A program made the position numbers and the translations under genes. This document shows, one piece after another, positions 38,323 through 52,332 of a stretch of DNA of 64,000 nucleotides. Origin of the DNA: Octopus vulgaris (taxonomy: Eukaryota); assembly GCA_951406725.2 (NCBI GenBank), contig OX597817.1:90024001-90088000 (forward strand), written 5' to 3'. Numbering within the stretch: position 1 is the stretch's first letter; every line of letters starts with the position of its first letter. The notes below the pieces were generated by a model. The model worked only from the letters and a program-made list of their open reading frames with translations, was not told the DNA's origin and did no database searches.

Positions 38323-41300
38323 TGTGATATTTTTGCTGCTTTTTAATAAAGCATATTACTCTACCTCTGGTATATATATATATATATATATACATATTGT
38401 AATTATGTATACTGTGTGTTTCTGTATTAAGAGATACTTTTATAATATTACATATTTTTTTATATTCTGTATAAGTGTGTGTGCATTATGAATCTGAGAA
38501 CACAATACACAAGGAAATCAAAGATACTAAGTAAACAAAAAAACAGCACTCTTAAAAAAAAAAGGTCACACACATTCAACTAGAAACAAACTACCAAACA
38601 AAACTTCCCTTAGTCCCAGTAGATCTATGGTAACATCTACATGCCAGGATCTTGCGGCACTAACCATGCTGTCAGATTCCACCTGTCTCTAACAATTCCT
38701 TAGCACTGTTGGGTTGCCATTCAGTGGTTGCATTTTTCCAACATTCTAGATGCAGAAAGAAGTACAGGTGATTCAAGTCAAGAGTACTAGGAAGTCATGT
38801 ACTGTGATCACATGTTCACACAGGTGCTTGCCAGTCATTAAGCATCATTCCCCATTGTATAGGAGTCGTACTTGATGTCCCTGTGTCCTGCACATAGGCA
38901 GTGGACTAAGCTACCTTGAGCTGTTTGGTTGATGTCTCTTTTCAACCTCCTGGAGCTGTTGTTGTCCTGGATTTCCTGGACAACCTCGGCTGACCTGATA
39001 TTATCTGACTGCTAAGAATTTATTTTTTCTTTTAGCCACGTATAACATTTCTCTGCTAGAAGCCTCCAGCTCTTACACGACCTTAAACACAAAGGACCAA
39101 GTTATGTTCAAGAAGTTGACAATTTCTGAGTCACTAATTGACTGCTACAGCTACGAGTACAGCTTGCTTTTTCATTTCTTAGGTCTACCATGTTGCTCTG
39201 TTTGAGAGAAAAATGAGAGTTAAAATTTGGAGCATGCCATGAAACCTTAGTTAATCTATTTATGGCCTGCTAATGTTCAAAAACACACCCTGCACCATGT
39301 ATTGTATATGTTATGTTTTATTGTGTATGTTCATATGCATATATTATTTCTAGAGGCAAATTGCTCAGTGTTTATTAATGTGCCAATTTGAATTAAAATG
39401 TGAAGCACAGTTGTATTTTCATTCATTTTTTTTTTAAGAAAAAAAAAAGCTTTTTAGATATTCTGGAATTTTGTGGGCTTCAATTCACTTTTCTGATGGG
39501 ACTCTTCAAATTCCCCTTTGCTGTTATGGTGGGAAGATAAGCAATAGTTTTTTTCTTTCTTTCTTTCTTTCTTTTTTTTATGTAGGGAAAATCTCACATG
39601 ATAGAGTGGAATCTTACTCAAGATCTGATTTCTCCTCATAATTAACAGAGTTAGGCATTTGACCAGTTCATTTGACTTTCATAAAAATGTAAACACATTT
39701 GTATCAACAAATAACTTGTTAAGGGATATTATATGTGTAGCAAAATTTGTACTCTGTCTTTTATCATCTTTAGCTCCTGGTCAGTCTTGATCAAGCAAAG
39801 TTATGAAGGGTATTCTAGCCATAACATTCCCACATTTTTTTTTTTTTTGTGTCTCTAGGGTCTCTGTCTCCTGAGACTGGATCTTCACCTGGTGAGTTCC
39901 TCTCCAAAATGAAGGCTTGTGTAAGATTATATTTATAGGAAATTAACATCTGCCTTTCCTTTCCATATCACAAATGTTGTTGGAAGGAAAAGTAAGGACC
40001 AAGTCTGCTTTGTACCAGTGTTATTGAAAGCATTGCCATCAGAATAGAAAAGGGAGATATGACAGAGCATTCCAAGCTCTAATTATTCCACTTATCTACT
40101 GCCCTGGACTGATACTTTTATCAACCCCAAAGAATGAAAAGCAAAGTTGACCTTGAGATTTGAACTCAAACACAACAGGACCAACATTTTCTTCATTGCT
40201 CCAATATCTACCAATTCACTGTTCATTTTGGACTACATTGTCTTATGTATCAATGCTATTTTTTAAAGACAGTGGTTGTGATTTGTGCAAAATTTGCTAG
40301 CTATTTCTAGTGGCTCAAACAACCACATGGAGGCCCCAAAGAACTAGGTGTTATATAAATTCATATATGGATGTGTTTAATAATTTATAATTAGGTTGGA
40401 AAATACCATTATGAAGTAAGTTTCCAGTTTGTCTGAAGGAAGCAGTTGTTTAAGGATCATTCATAGTTTATAGTTTTAATCCACATATCTCTCAGCTGTT
40501 GAAAGCCTAACACTTCTGACACTATAGTGATAGTCACACTGTTTTAAGACTGATAGTTGAGTATGGTGATTCAGTCTTGTGTAAGGGCTATGATATGGCC
40601 TTCACCAGCTCACTAAGACTGGTGATATTTGTTAACATCCTTGTTAAAGAAACTTTGAGTTGATGACTAGGAAAAATCTGGGCAGGAAATGTATTCCATA
40701 GGTGGAAATGTATTCCATAGGTGACTTCTTAGAGGGCTGGTTGAAGTTATTTCTGTGGGAAATAAGGGCTATAATCTCAACTAGTTACCATTCTACTCTA
40801 AAGCAATTCAATCAAAGGTTTCATACACAGTGTTCACTTGGTTCCTACCATGTCTTAAATATATTTCTTAAAATATTTAAAGAATTAACATTTGAATTTG
40901 AATATTGTAAAAAAAAAAAAAAAAAAAAAATTAGTATTTCACTGCCAGAACTGTTTGTGTTTTCTGAAGCCTCCTACAAAGTCCACGTTACCATCAGTAT
41001 TTCTTGTATAAAGCCCAAACTTTAAATTGTACTGTAATGTTGGTTATACACCATATTACTCAGTGCAGAGTAACTTCCCCTTCTTTTGACAGTTGTCTTA
41101 ACTACAGAAATCTCAATTAATATTTGATTTCATTACTACTGTCTGTTTAAAAAATGCTTAGCGAATGAATATTTTATCTCCTACATTGCAAACTGCAGAT
41201 GTAGCAATAAGGTTTGACATAACCTGGGACCAGGTTATTTGCTACCAAATGTCTTAGCTATATGACACACAAAATGGTCATGAAAACTCGTGCTTGGAAC

Positions 41301-41755
41301 TGACTTTTATAGTTAAATTTTTTTATAGCAGCCCACCCGAGACTGTCCCTATTTTAGAATGCAAAACTATCCATTTTCAAGTGTATATGTTTAAATCAAC
41401 TTTGTATGTTATAATTTTAGGGCATGTTTAATAATGACAAAATTATATTAAACCCCTCCACATAAGCAGTGTATTTAATTAGAATTATGCTCATAAAAAG
41501 TAACTTAAAAAGAGAAGTCTTTCATTGGGTAGAATGTACACTTAGTATGTCTAGGAATAAGGCATTGATCTTGCAGAATTGAATATCCAGTCTTCTTTCT
41601 ACCTGTTACAAATTTAAATTAGGACCTAATTTTCCCTATTACTGTAGTCATTTCAACTCAGCATTTAACATGTAGACTGAGAAAATAAGTGCTACATTTC
41701 AAAGATAAGAAAAAGAGAAATCCCATTTAAGATCAGGTATGAAATTTATTCTTAA

Positions 41756-42075
41756 TCATCATCATCATCGTTTAACGTCCGTTCTCCATGCTAGCATGGG
41801 TTGGACGGTTCGACCGGGGTTCTGGGGAGCCAGAAGGCTGCACCAGGCTCCAGTCTAATCTGGCAATGTTTCTACAGCTGGATGCCCTTCCTAACGCCAA
41901 CCACTCCGTGAGTGTAGTGGGTGCTTTTTACGTGCCACCTGCACAGGTGCCAGGCGAGGCTGGCAACGGCCACGGTCAGATTGGTGTATTTTATGTGCCA
42001 CCGGCACGGAAGCCAGTCGAGGCGGTGCTGGCATCGGCCACGAGTCGGATAGTGCTTTTTACGTACCACCAGACC
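41756..42075 (-). mobile_element. RTE-tail family repeat
   Basis: catcatcatcgtttaacgtccg...ctggatgcccttcctaacgccaaccactcc plus internal tandem units. Confidence 0.85.
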
Positions 42076-42116
42076 AGGGATCCTGGGAACTTGTTATATA
42101 TTAACTTATTGTGAAG

Positions 42117-42440
42117 TTGCATAGTTTAGTGGTTAGAGTTTGTGATTTACAAGTGTGTGGTTGGAAGTTTGAATTCTGAACCAGGCTGTGTTGTGTTCTT
42201 GAGCAAGACACTTTATTTCATGATGCTCCAGTTCTCTTGGCTGTAGATATGAGTTATAGCATCACTGCTGTTAAGCTGTATTGGCCTTTCCCTTGGACAA
42301 CATTGGTGGTGTGGAGAGGGAAGACTTGTATGCATGGGTGACTGCTGGTCTTTCACAAAACAACCTTGCCCAGACTTGTTCCTCAGAGGGAAACATTGTA
42401 GGTGCAATCCCATAGTCATTCTTGACCAAAGGAGGTCCTA
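42117..42440 (+). mobile_element. tRNA-derived CORE-like SINE (third family)
   Basis: tRNA-like head followed by gtgttgtgttcttgagcaagacactttatt. Reverse complement of 55968-56297. Confidence 0.8.
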
Positions 42441-43849
42441 GATATTAACTTATATTGATCAACCCTTCCAAACATGACTTACATACCTTATTCTGCACAT
42501 GATTGTTCTTATTCTGTTATGGGTAAATTATTAAACATATTCTGACCAGATTTATTTTTTTACCATTTAGTCACAGAATAAAGGGCATGGCCCTTTATTT
42601 TTCTATGCCTCTGACATTGATTTGTTTTAGAGAGAAAAATTTAGTGAAGCCAGAGATCTGATCTCAATACTTACAACAGTGAACTTTACTAAAAGATCAG
42701 GTGCTGGTGTTAAACTGGATGAAGGGATATGATTTCCCTCTTAAGTATTTATATTGATAAAATCCTGGGACAAGCATTTCATCATATGTTCTGACTGTTT
42801 TCCCAGTCCACTGCTCTGAACTGGGACTTTATTTTATTGACTCCTAAATTATCTGAGACAAAGTTAACCTGAGTGGGATATGAACTGTGAAAGCCAGAAC
42901 TTAATACTGCATGGCATTTTGTCCTTGACTCTTAACACCTAAAATCAACTTGCATGTAAATCTGTTACTGTCCCCTGCCCACTTAATGTTTGTTAATGAG
43001 TCTATATTTGTAGACACTCTTGTTTAAGAAATATTTCTGTTACAACCTTCTATTGAAGAATTAGTTATATGGATTTCTGACCAAGACACAAGATTACTTT
43101 TGATAACAATTGGATGAAATGCTTTGTAATATTTAGTTCTGACCTGTCATGTTCTGAGTTCAAATCTCACCAACACCAATGTTATTTTTCATCCTTTATG
43201 AGATAATTACCAAAAGGTATAATAGAATAAAAAAATGCAGTATAGTTCTGGTTCTTCCCATTCTGAGTTTAAATCTGGTTGTTGTCTAACTTTCATTCTT
43301 CCAGAGTTCATTATAGTACCAGTCAAGCACTTTAAATAACTAATCCCCTCCATTCACATTTCAGAAGATTATTATTATTATTATTATTACTATTAGTGAG
43401 TTGTTTCTTCCTTGTGTCTCTGTTAGAAATTATTATTATTATCATTATTGAACTGGCAGAGTCGTTAGCATGACAGTCAAAAATGCTTACTGGCATTTTG
43501 TTCATCTTCACATTCTGAGTTCAAATTCCGTCAAGGTCAACTTTACCTTTCATCCTTTTGGGGTTGATAAAATAAGTACAAGTTGAGCATTAGGGGTAAT
43601 TTATGTATGCTCTCCTTGAAATTGTTGGCCTTGTGGCAAAATTTGAAACAATTATTATTAATAATAAATTGCTTTATAAATAACTGTTTGTTAGTGTTGA
43701 TGACACTAACTTGAAGTTATTAATTGTTACCATGTTACTGTTGATTATTAAGTTATGAGCAAGACCTCAACTGAACATTGTTATTCATTCCATGGAATTC
43801 AGTTATGACAAACCTATCACTTTCCTTTTGTTAAAACTGTTAAAATGAC

Positions 43850-44200
43850 AACAGATCTTTACCATGAAACTACAGATGTGTTAATAGTGCTGTGATCTAA
43901 ACTTAAAGATATGTTAAACAGTGGAGCTTTGGTCTAAACCCCCAGATGTGTTAAATTTCAAGGTTTTAACTTAAACTAACAATTATGTTAAATTATTGAC
44001 TAACTGATGTGTTGAAAAATAGGGCATTGTCCTGAAACTACAGATGAGTAAAATTATAGGGCTTGAATTTTAAATTGTTTTAAATAACAGAGCTTTGACC
44101 TGATTGTGTTAAATGATAGGGCTTTAACATAAACCTTCATTTGTTAATAGGGCTTTGACATAAAATTATGGCTTTAATGCAAAACTACAAGGCTTTGATA
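43850..44200. repeat. Degenerate ~36-bp minisatellite
   Basis: Recurrent aaactacagatgtgttaaa...tagggctttgacct units, about 9 copies. Confidence 0.7.
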
Positions 44201-44279
44201 TGAAACAATTACAATGTTTATTTCAATAACACTAAAATACCATTGGAGTTCTTTTAGGAATATTACTATTACTCCTTAA

Positions 44280-44501
44280 CTCTAGCATTTACACCAACCA
44301 TATTCAGCCCAAATATACTGCTTGTTTTGAGTTCAAATAGGCCATATCTGGTCTCTCACATCTACCCTACAATGTGATTCTAAAAAAAGATAAAAACAGT
44401 CACATCCTTGAAATCTCAGAGCAATGAGGTAATGCAGGATTAATTAAAATAGGTGAATGAATAAATATTGCACTTGATACAATAATCTGAATGCGAAAGG
44501 G
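44280..44501 (-). mobile_element. piggyBac-type MITE copy C (inverted orientation)
   Basis: TTAA at 44276-44279 and 44502-44505. Right end AATGCGAAAGGG. The body is the reverse complement of copies A and B. Confidence 0.75.
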
Positions 44502-45256
44502 TTAATCATTATTACTAAGGTGTTGTGCTTAGCAGCATTTTGTCCATTTTTACTTTCTGAGTTCAAAAATTCTGCTAAGAGTGACTTTGACTTTCAGGGT
44601 TGATAAAAATAGCAGTCAAGCACCGGGACCAATGTAATCGACAACTCCCAGCCCCCAAAATTTCAGGCCTTTAGCCTTTAATAGAAAGGATTATTATTAG
44701 GGTGGTGAATTGGCAGAATCGTTGGTGTTGGACATAATGCCTTGCTTATATTTTGTTGTGTACATTCTGAGATTAATTGTATCAAGGTCAGTTTTGCCTT
44801 TCATCCTGTTGGGGGCAATATGATAAAGTACTAGCCAAATATTGAGGTCAATGGTAATGGACTAACACTCACCCACCTATTAAATTACTGGTCTTGTGCA
44901 ATAATTTGTAACAATTTTCCTTATTAGTATTATTGTGGTGAGCTGGTAAAATTGTTAGTACACCAGACAAAATGCTTAGAAGTATTTCATCCATCTTTGT
45001 TCGGAATTCAGATTTTACCTAAGTCAACTTTGGCATTCATCCTTTCAGGGTTGATAAAATAAGTATCAGTTGAACACTGAAGTTGATGTAATCAACTTAG
45101 CTCCTCCCCCAAGCCTGCTGGCTTTGTGCCAAAATTTGAATCCCTTATTATTACTATTATTATTTTTAAGGTGGCAAGCTGGCAGAATTGTTAACCTACT
45201 AGACAAAATGCTTAGCAGCATTTCATCTATCTTTAATGTTCTGAGTTCAAATATTG

Positions 45257-45466
45257 GTTTCATATTTTGGCACATGGCCAGCAATTTCGGAATGAGGGTA
45301 AATTATTTACATCGACCCCAGTGCTCAACTGGTACTTATTTTATCAACCCAGAAGGGGATGAAAGGCTAAGTCGACCTTGGTGGAATTTGAACTCAGAAC
45401 AAAGATGGTCAAAATGCTGCTGAGTGTTTTGCCTGGTGTGCTAACGATTCTGCCAGCTCGCCACCT
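45257..45466 (-). mobile_element. SINE inserted antisense into another copy of the same family, with an 18-bp TSD
   Basis: TTCTGAGTTCAAATATTG (45239-45256) and TTCTGTGTTCAAATATTG (45467-45484) flank it. The host SINE resumes afterwards. Confidence 0.85.
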
Positions 45467-47211
45467 TTCTGTGTTCAAATATTGCTGAGGTTGACTTTGC
45501 CTTTCCTCCTTTCAGGGTCAATGAAATAAGTACCAGACAAGTACTGGGGCTGATGTAATCAACTAATCTATCCCCACAAAAAGATTTAGGCCTTATTATT
45601 AATATTATTATTATAGCTAGATGGTGGAATTGTTAGAGCATCAAACAGAATGCTCTGCAGATTTTGTTCTGGTTCTTTATATTCTGGGTTCTAATCCCAC
45701 CAAGGTCTCCTTTGTTTTTCATCCCTCCAGGATTAATCAAATAAAATACCAATTTAGTTCTGGGGTCAGGGGTATCTGCTAGGCTCCCCCTTCCCTTCCC
45801 TTTAAAATTGTTGGCCTTGTACCTAAATTAGTGGGTGGATTGCAGAAACAGTAAAACAGCAGATAAAATCCATTCTTCATTGCTCTATGTTCTGAGTTCA
45901 GTTCTTATGTGGATTAATTTCAATTTTTAATGTTATCAAAGTCCATAAAATAATTACCAGTCAATTACTGGAGCCTATTTTAATTGACAATACTTCACAC
46001 TCCACAAAAACAAAAAATGGCTTTGTAACTCAGAAAACATCACCATCATCATCATTGTCATCATCATCATCATTATTACTCCCTAAATTCTCACTTTTGG
46101 GGTTTGTAAAGTGTTGGCAAATACCTAAACCATTGTCTTTTTTTTATTATTGATTTTAATACATTGTTAACAAGACAACTCTTGAAAATTTCACTAAGTT
46201 GAGTGTGTAATAAGATTACTAAAAAATAATACTTCCTCCTCCAAAAAGAACTTATGTTAGTTTCAAAGTTTGGAATCAAGTCTTCCAACTAGTTGAAGTT
46301 TAAAAGAGTTGTTGTTACATGAACTTGAGTAAAAGAAGGCGGCGCCATAATTGTTAAATAAATGAAACTATAATTTCATCATATTTTTTTTTTAAATGCT
46401 TCAAGTGGGTGTACTGCTTTATTAAGTCAGGGGTAGTAGCAGATTCTGTCAACTTCATTGATTTGTTTCTAGAAATTTAACAAGCATTTGATTCCTTCTT
46501 TCCTGTTTGTTATGTCACAATTTGCAAACGATTTCTATCTTCTCATAAATTATTTATCATCAACAACCACATCACTATTGTTCTTAAATTTCTTATGCTG
46601 CTTTCAAAACAAAACAAAAAAAAAAACAAAAAAAAAATGTACCAGCTTTTTTCTTTTCCTTTTTTTTTTTCTTTATTCTCTCCTTCCATAAGATGAAATG
46701 TGATGAAAATTCAGTTTTGCATTTTGAAATGGAAAATTTTTCCATTCCTTCTCATGATACCTGTAAATTGTCTTAAAGAACATTCATCCTCTTTGAATTC
46801 CAACCTTCACATTACTTACGCCATTCATTAATTAGTGTCTAATTATTGAGAATGTCTCTTTCTCTAATGAAATCCCCAATTTACAGCATAATGACCGACA
46901 TTGTCACTGAGAAAATAAGTAATTTGTGAAAAAAATTTTTACTGTAATTAAAAAGGCTTTTTTCTCTTTTCTTTTCTTTTTTATTCTTCTTTCACTGATT
47001 TCAGTCATTGGACTGCAGCCATGCTGGGCACTGCCTTCATGTGTTTTAGTCAAATATATCGACCTCAGTACTTTATCTGGTACAAATTTCATCTTTCTTA
47101 TATGATACAAAATGTGAAGTCAACATTTGCGTAAGCGGAGATATCACTCGGTTGGATATAAATACTGCAGGGTATTTTTGTTTGAATTGTATTGATTTTC
47201 ACTCCACACTG

Positions 47212-48722
<1,511 letters not shown>

Positions 48723-49729
48723 CATATTATATTATCCATGAATATACATATATATATATATAATTTTTGTTTTTATTCTTTTGTATTTTATATATCCTGT
48801 TGGATAAACCAAGAATAATTCATGATAACTCTGACTTAATATTTCTCACATGTCAACAAAGAAAAAGCACGATACAAGGTGAAGCTATATTAGTCTCGTC
48901 ATTCAAGGTGCCAACAATTACATCTGTACTCATCGTAACCCATCAAAGGCTCCCAAAAACAACTGATTCTTCTTATATTTCACTTTTTTTTTTTTAAATA
49001 TGAGCTTTAACCAAAATATGGCATTTGAGTTGGTCTTTATTGCTTGATATGCATGCATGTGTGTGTGAGTGCATGTTTACATATATATATATGTGTATGT
49101 GTGTGTGTGTATTTATATGCTCTCTACTCCTCTTGGTGCATCATTTTAAGGTAATAAGTATGAAGGATTGACTACTTTTTAATAGTACCACTATAAAAAG
49201 TTGTAGTTTTAGCCTTCCTGTGACAGCACATTCAGTTACCCTGTATCTTGCCACTGTGCACTTTCGAAACCACATCCTGAGACCATCATTATCAAGCCAA
49301 CCTTCGTATTTAACTGGTACTTATACAAGGTGAAAATCATATCTAAGTAGAAAGGGAAATTCTGTAGAGAATTGAGCTTTTATGTGTAGAATTTGACAGT
49401 ATAGTACATGTCCTTCTCTAAATATTAATAGTTCTCTTATATTGGTGATGGTGATCTTTGACTGGGAGAGCACTGAACCAAAAAAATGTTAAGTGACCAA
49501 ATTTTAGTACTCTTTTGAAATATTGGTAATTAGCTTCTTTTTTTTTTTACACTGAAAGGCAGCACTTATATAAATTCACAATGCTTGTGTGTATGTATGT
49601 GTATATGCATGCACACACACATACACACACACAAATAATAAACCAAGTGCCAAGTACCATTGAATTTTGAAAAGATGTGATTTGAAATAATAGAAATTTA
49701 ATGAGGTCTGCCTTTTGGTACACCTTGTA

Positions 49730-49935
49730 TAACAGATATCATCATTATTTACTGTCACCTTCATTTCTATAAAGTTCAGCATTCTACGATCAACCTTCAT
49801 CACTTCTTGCCACATCTCTGTTGATTTTCTTCTATGAACTACAGATAATCTGGCACATGTTGTGGTACACTTAATTGTCATCCTTCATATGCATCACATA
49901 TCTGCACCAGTACAGTCTTGCACACTACAGCTGCT
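49730..49935 (-). pseudogene. Decayed RTE-clade LINE reverse transcriptase C-terminus
   Basis: Minus-strand peptides LYWCRYVMHMKDD and RRKSTEMWQEVMKVDRRMLNF resemble the RTE end pattern LRWxGHVxRM...GRPxKTWxxxVxxD. Confidence 0.55.
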
Positions 49936-50711
49936 TATAGATATGCTTTTTGTTTTTAAAGAATATTTTGTTATTATATTACTTAGGTTCAAAGCTGGAT
50001 TTGTAACAATATTTAGGGCTCAGTTTCTTTTTATCATCTTGGTTACTGAAGGAAACTTACAACCAAGACCATCTCTTTTTATCCAGCAAGATAGCATCAT
50101 TTGAAAGCTACAACATTGCAAAAAAAAGTACATTGTAGCCAGTTGTGTATAACATTCAGTAGTTTGGCTGATACAATGATTTCTTTGCATTGTTACTACA
50201 TTCTAAAGTTAATGTAATTTGTTCATTTACAACAGGAGTGAAGCAACTTGTGAGTGCAAGTGCATAATGATCTATTGGAGCTGAGAAAAATAACGAATTT
50301 TTCATTTTACAAATCCAGATATTAACATATTAAAGTCTCAGTATTTGTCTCAGTATTTAAACTATTTTCTGTTATATGAATTTTCAGAATCTTTGTTAGA
50401 GGTTGGTATAAAATTTAAATGCAGATACAATTGTAGCCATGGGTGAGGGGTTTCCTATTCTTGATTTACAACTACTGCTACAATAACATGTTTGGATGGT
50501 AGAATTGGTTGAGCAATAGATAACATGCACTTCAGTATTTGCTTATTATCCAACTTCAAAATTCCACTGATCTTTAATTTGTCCTTCATCCTTTTGGTAG
50601 GTCAGAAGAGTTACATGAGAAATAACAATAAAATAATTGTCTTTTCTTAGGTAATATTGTTCTGCACAGCCATCACTGACAATATCGCTTGCTAGTATGT
50701 ACATTGCTTTC

Positions 50712-50930
50712 AAGGCAGTGAGCTGGCAGAATTGTAAACACACTGGCCAAAATGCTCAGCAGCATTTCATATATCTTTACATTCTGAGTTCAAATTTCAC
50801 TGAGGTCAATTTTGCCTTTCATCCTCTTGGGGTCCATAAAATAAGAACCAGTCAAGCACTGGAATTGATGTTATTGACTAGCCCCTCCCACTAAGTTTCA
50901 GGCCTTTATGCCTATAGTAGAAAGCAATAT
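50712..50930 (+). mobile_element. tRNA-derived SINE (Meta-like family)
   Basis: Full match to the 17337 copy. Confidence 0.85.
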
Positions 50931-51869
50931 GTACTAATTCACTAATTATTTCTGGTATCTTTGTAGTTGTGAGCAAATGCAGATTCCTTCTCAGTTCTCT
51001 CACACTTAACCCAATAAAATATCTAAAATGTGACAGCTGGAATAACATAACACTTTCTACCCTTCATGATGATGATAACTGTATTGGTAGAGTTCCCATG
51101 AGAATGGCATTACTTCTGTTACAAAGTCAAGTGATGTAGGTTGTTGGTTGAGCCCCAGGTCAGTTATCAAATAGTTTCACATAGATCAGATAAAGCTGTT
51201 TGATCCATGATCTTAGCACCTTTCTTCAAACAGTGTATCTAGGACTACAATATCTAAGACATTGTGCTTAGTCTAAGTAGCTGTTGATGCTTCATCTGAG
51301 TCAGCTTCTGTTGAGCATCTCATCTTGGACTATCTTATTCAGTACATCCTTAGTTTTTCCCTTTTTAATAATGTAGAGTATTATTTAAGAAAGATTTTGT
51401 TGACTCTTCTAGTGACTAATGGAATTCCCTTGTTTAGTAGTACTTATGTATTATAAAATTAATGTGGTAATGTATGTTTCATACAGAAATTTAACAAATT
51501 CCATTTTAATATTTCTCTTTTTTTTTTTTTTTGTTGAAATACAAGAACATTCTATGGCAGATTCTGTAGAATTTCTCCTGCTTTTTGACATCTTCACTAC
51601 TACCACCACTACTGCCATCATCATCATGACTATTATCATTTGTAAGTGTATTATTGATAAAATCAGTAGAGCAAAATTCCTTGTAGTATTTAGTTGCAAA
51701 ATCCCAAATGCCACCACAGTCTAACTTAACTTTCAGTTTCTCAGAATCTCTAAAATATCAGCTATATACCTATGTCAGTTTAATCCACTCTAACCCTCTT
51801 CTTCAATGAGTGCGACTTTGTGGCAATGTTAGAATTAATAATTATTTTTGAGAGTGGTTGATTAGGAGA

Positions 51870-52332
51870 ATTAAGCATTTTGTTCAGTGTGTTAATGATT
51901 CTGCCAATTAAACCAGCCCCTGTACTTGGTATTTTATTCTTATCAAACCTGGAAAACTGTCTTCAGTAAAATTTGAATTAATAATTATTTTTGTACAGTG
52001 AACAAAACGGCCTGCAGTATTTAGTTACGCCCCTTCTTCGTATTGGAAATTAAATTCTCACCAGGTTTGACTTTGTCTTTTCATCCTTGTAGGATTGATA
52101 AAATAAGTACTGGTGAAGTATTAAGATCCATCTAAATTGGTGACTTTGTACCTATTAGAAATCATGGTAAAATTGTTCATGGTGGAGCTTTGTATTATTT
52201 AGTTATAACCCTTTAAGTTCTGAATTCAAATTTTACTGAAGACAGTTTTCCAGGTTTGATAAGAATAAAATACCAAGTACAGGGGCTGGTTTAATTGGCA
52301 GAATCATTAACACACTGAACAAAATGCTTAAT
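51870..52332. repeat. Perfect 110-bp inverted repeat (51870-51979 / 52223-52332), 243-bp spacer
   Basis: Checked base by base as an exact reverse complement, inside otherwise diverged SINE sequence. Confidence 0.92.

Larger units (their letters stand above)
37533..38370. mobile_element. Foldback element with ~250-bp inverted arms (37533-37782 / 38109-38351), Penelope pLTR-like, between (TA)n tracts
   Basis: The arms are reverse complements along their length (ctttattaaaaagcagcaaaaaatatcacaaaaactgttactcag / ctgagtaacagtttttgtgatatttttgctgctttttaataaag). Each carries a hammerhead-like motif. Confidence 0.85.
43090..45990 (+). mobile_element. Dense cluster of about 10 Meta-like SINE copies, mostly head-to-tail, with a MITE and a minisatellite inside
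   Basis: Repeated gcagaat/aaaatgc/ttctgagttcaaat/tttcatcc/ataaaataagtacc modules separated by (ATT)n. Confidence 0.85.

Noticed and set aside
43090-45990. Regularly recurring motifs resembling a CRISPR-like array
   Set aside because: The units are ~200-bp diverged SINEs without unique spacers, in a spliced eukaryotic context with no cas genes.
46337-46352. ggcggcgccataat, a YY1/promoter-like CpG motif
   Set aside because: Isolated motif with no CpG island, exon or other promoter evidence.
50222-50256. Possible 14-nt micro-exon (acaacag|gagtgaagcaactt|gtgagt)
   Set aside because: Splice-like signals alone, with no neighbouring exons that build a frame; expected by chance in 64 kb.
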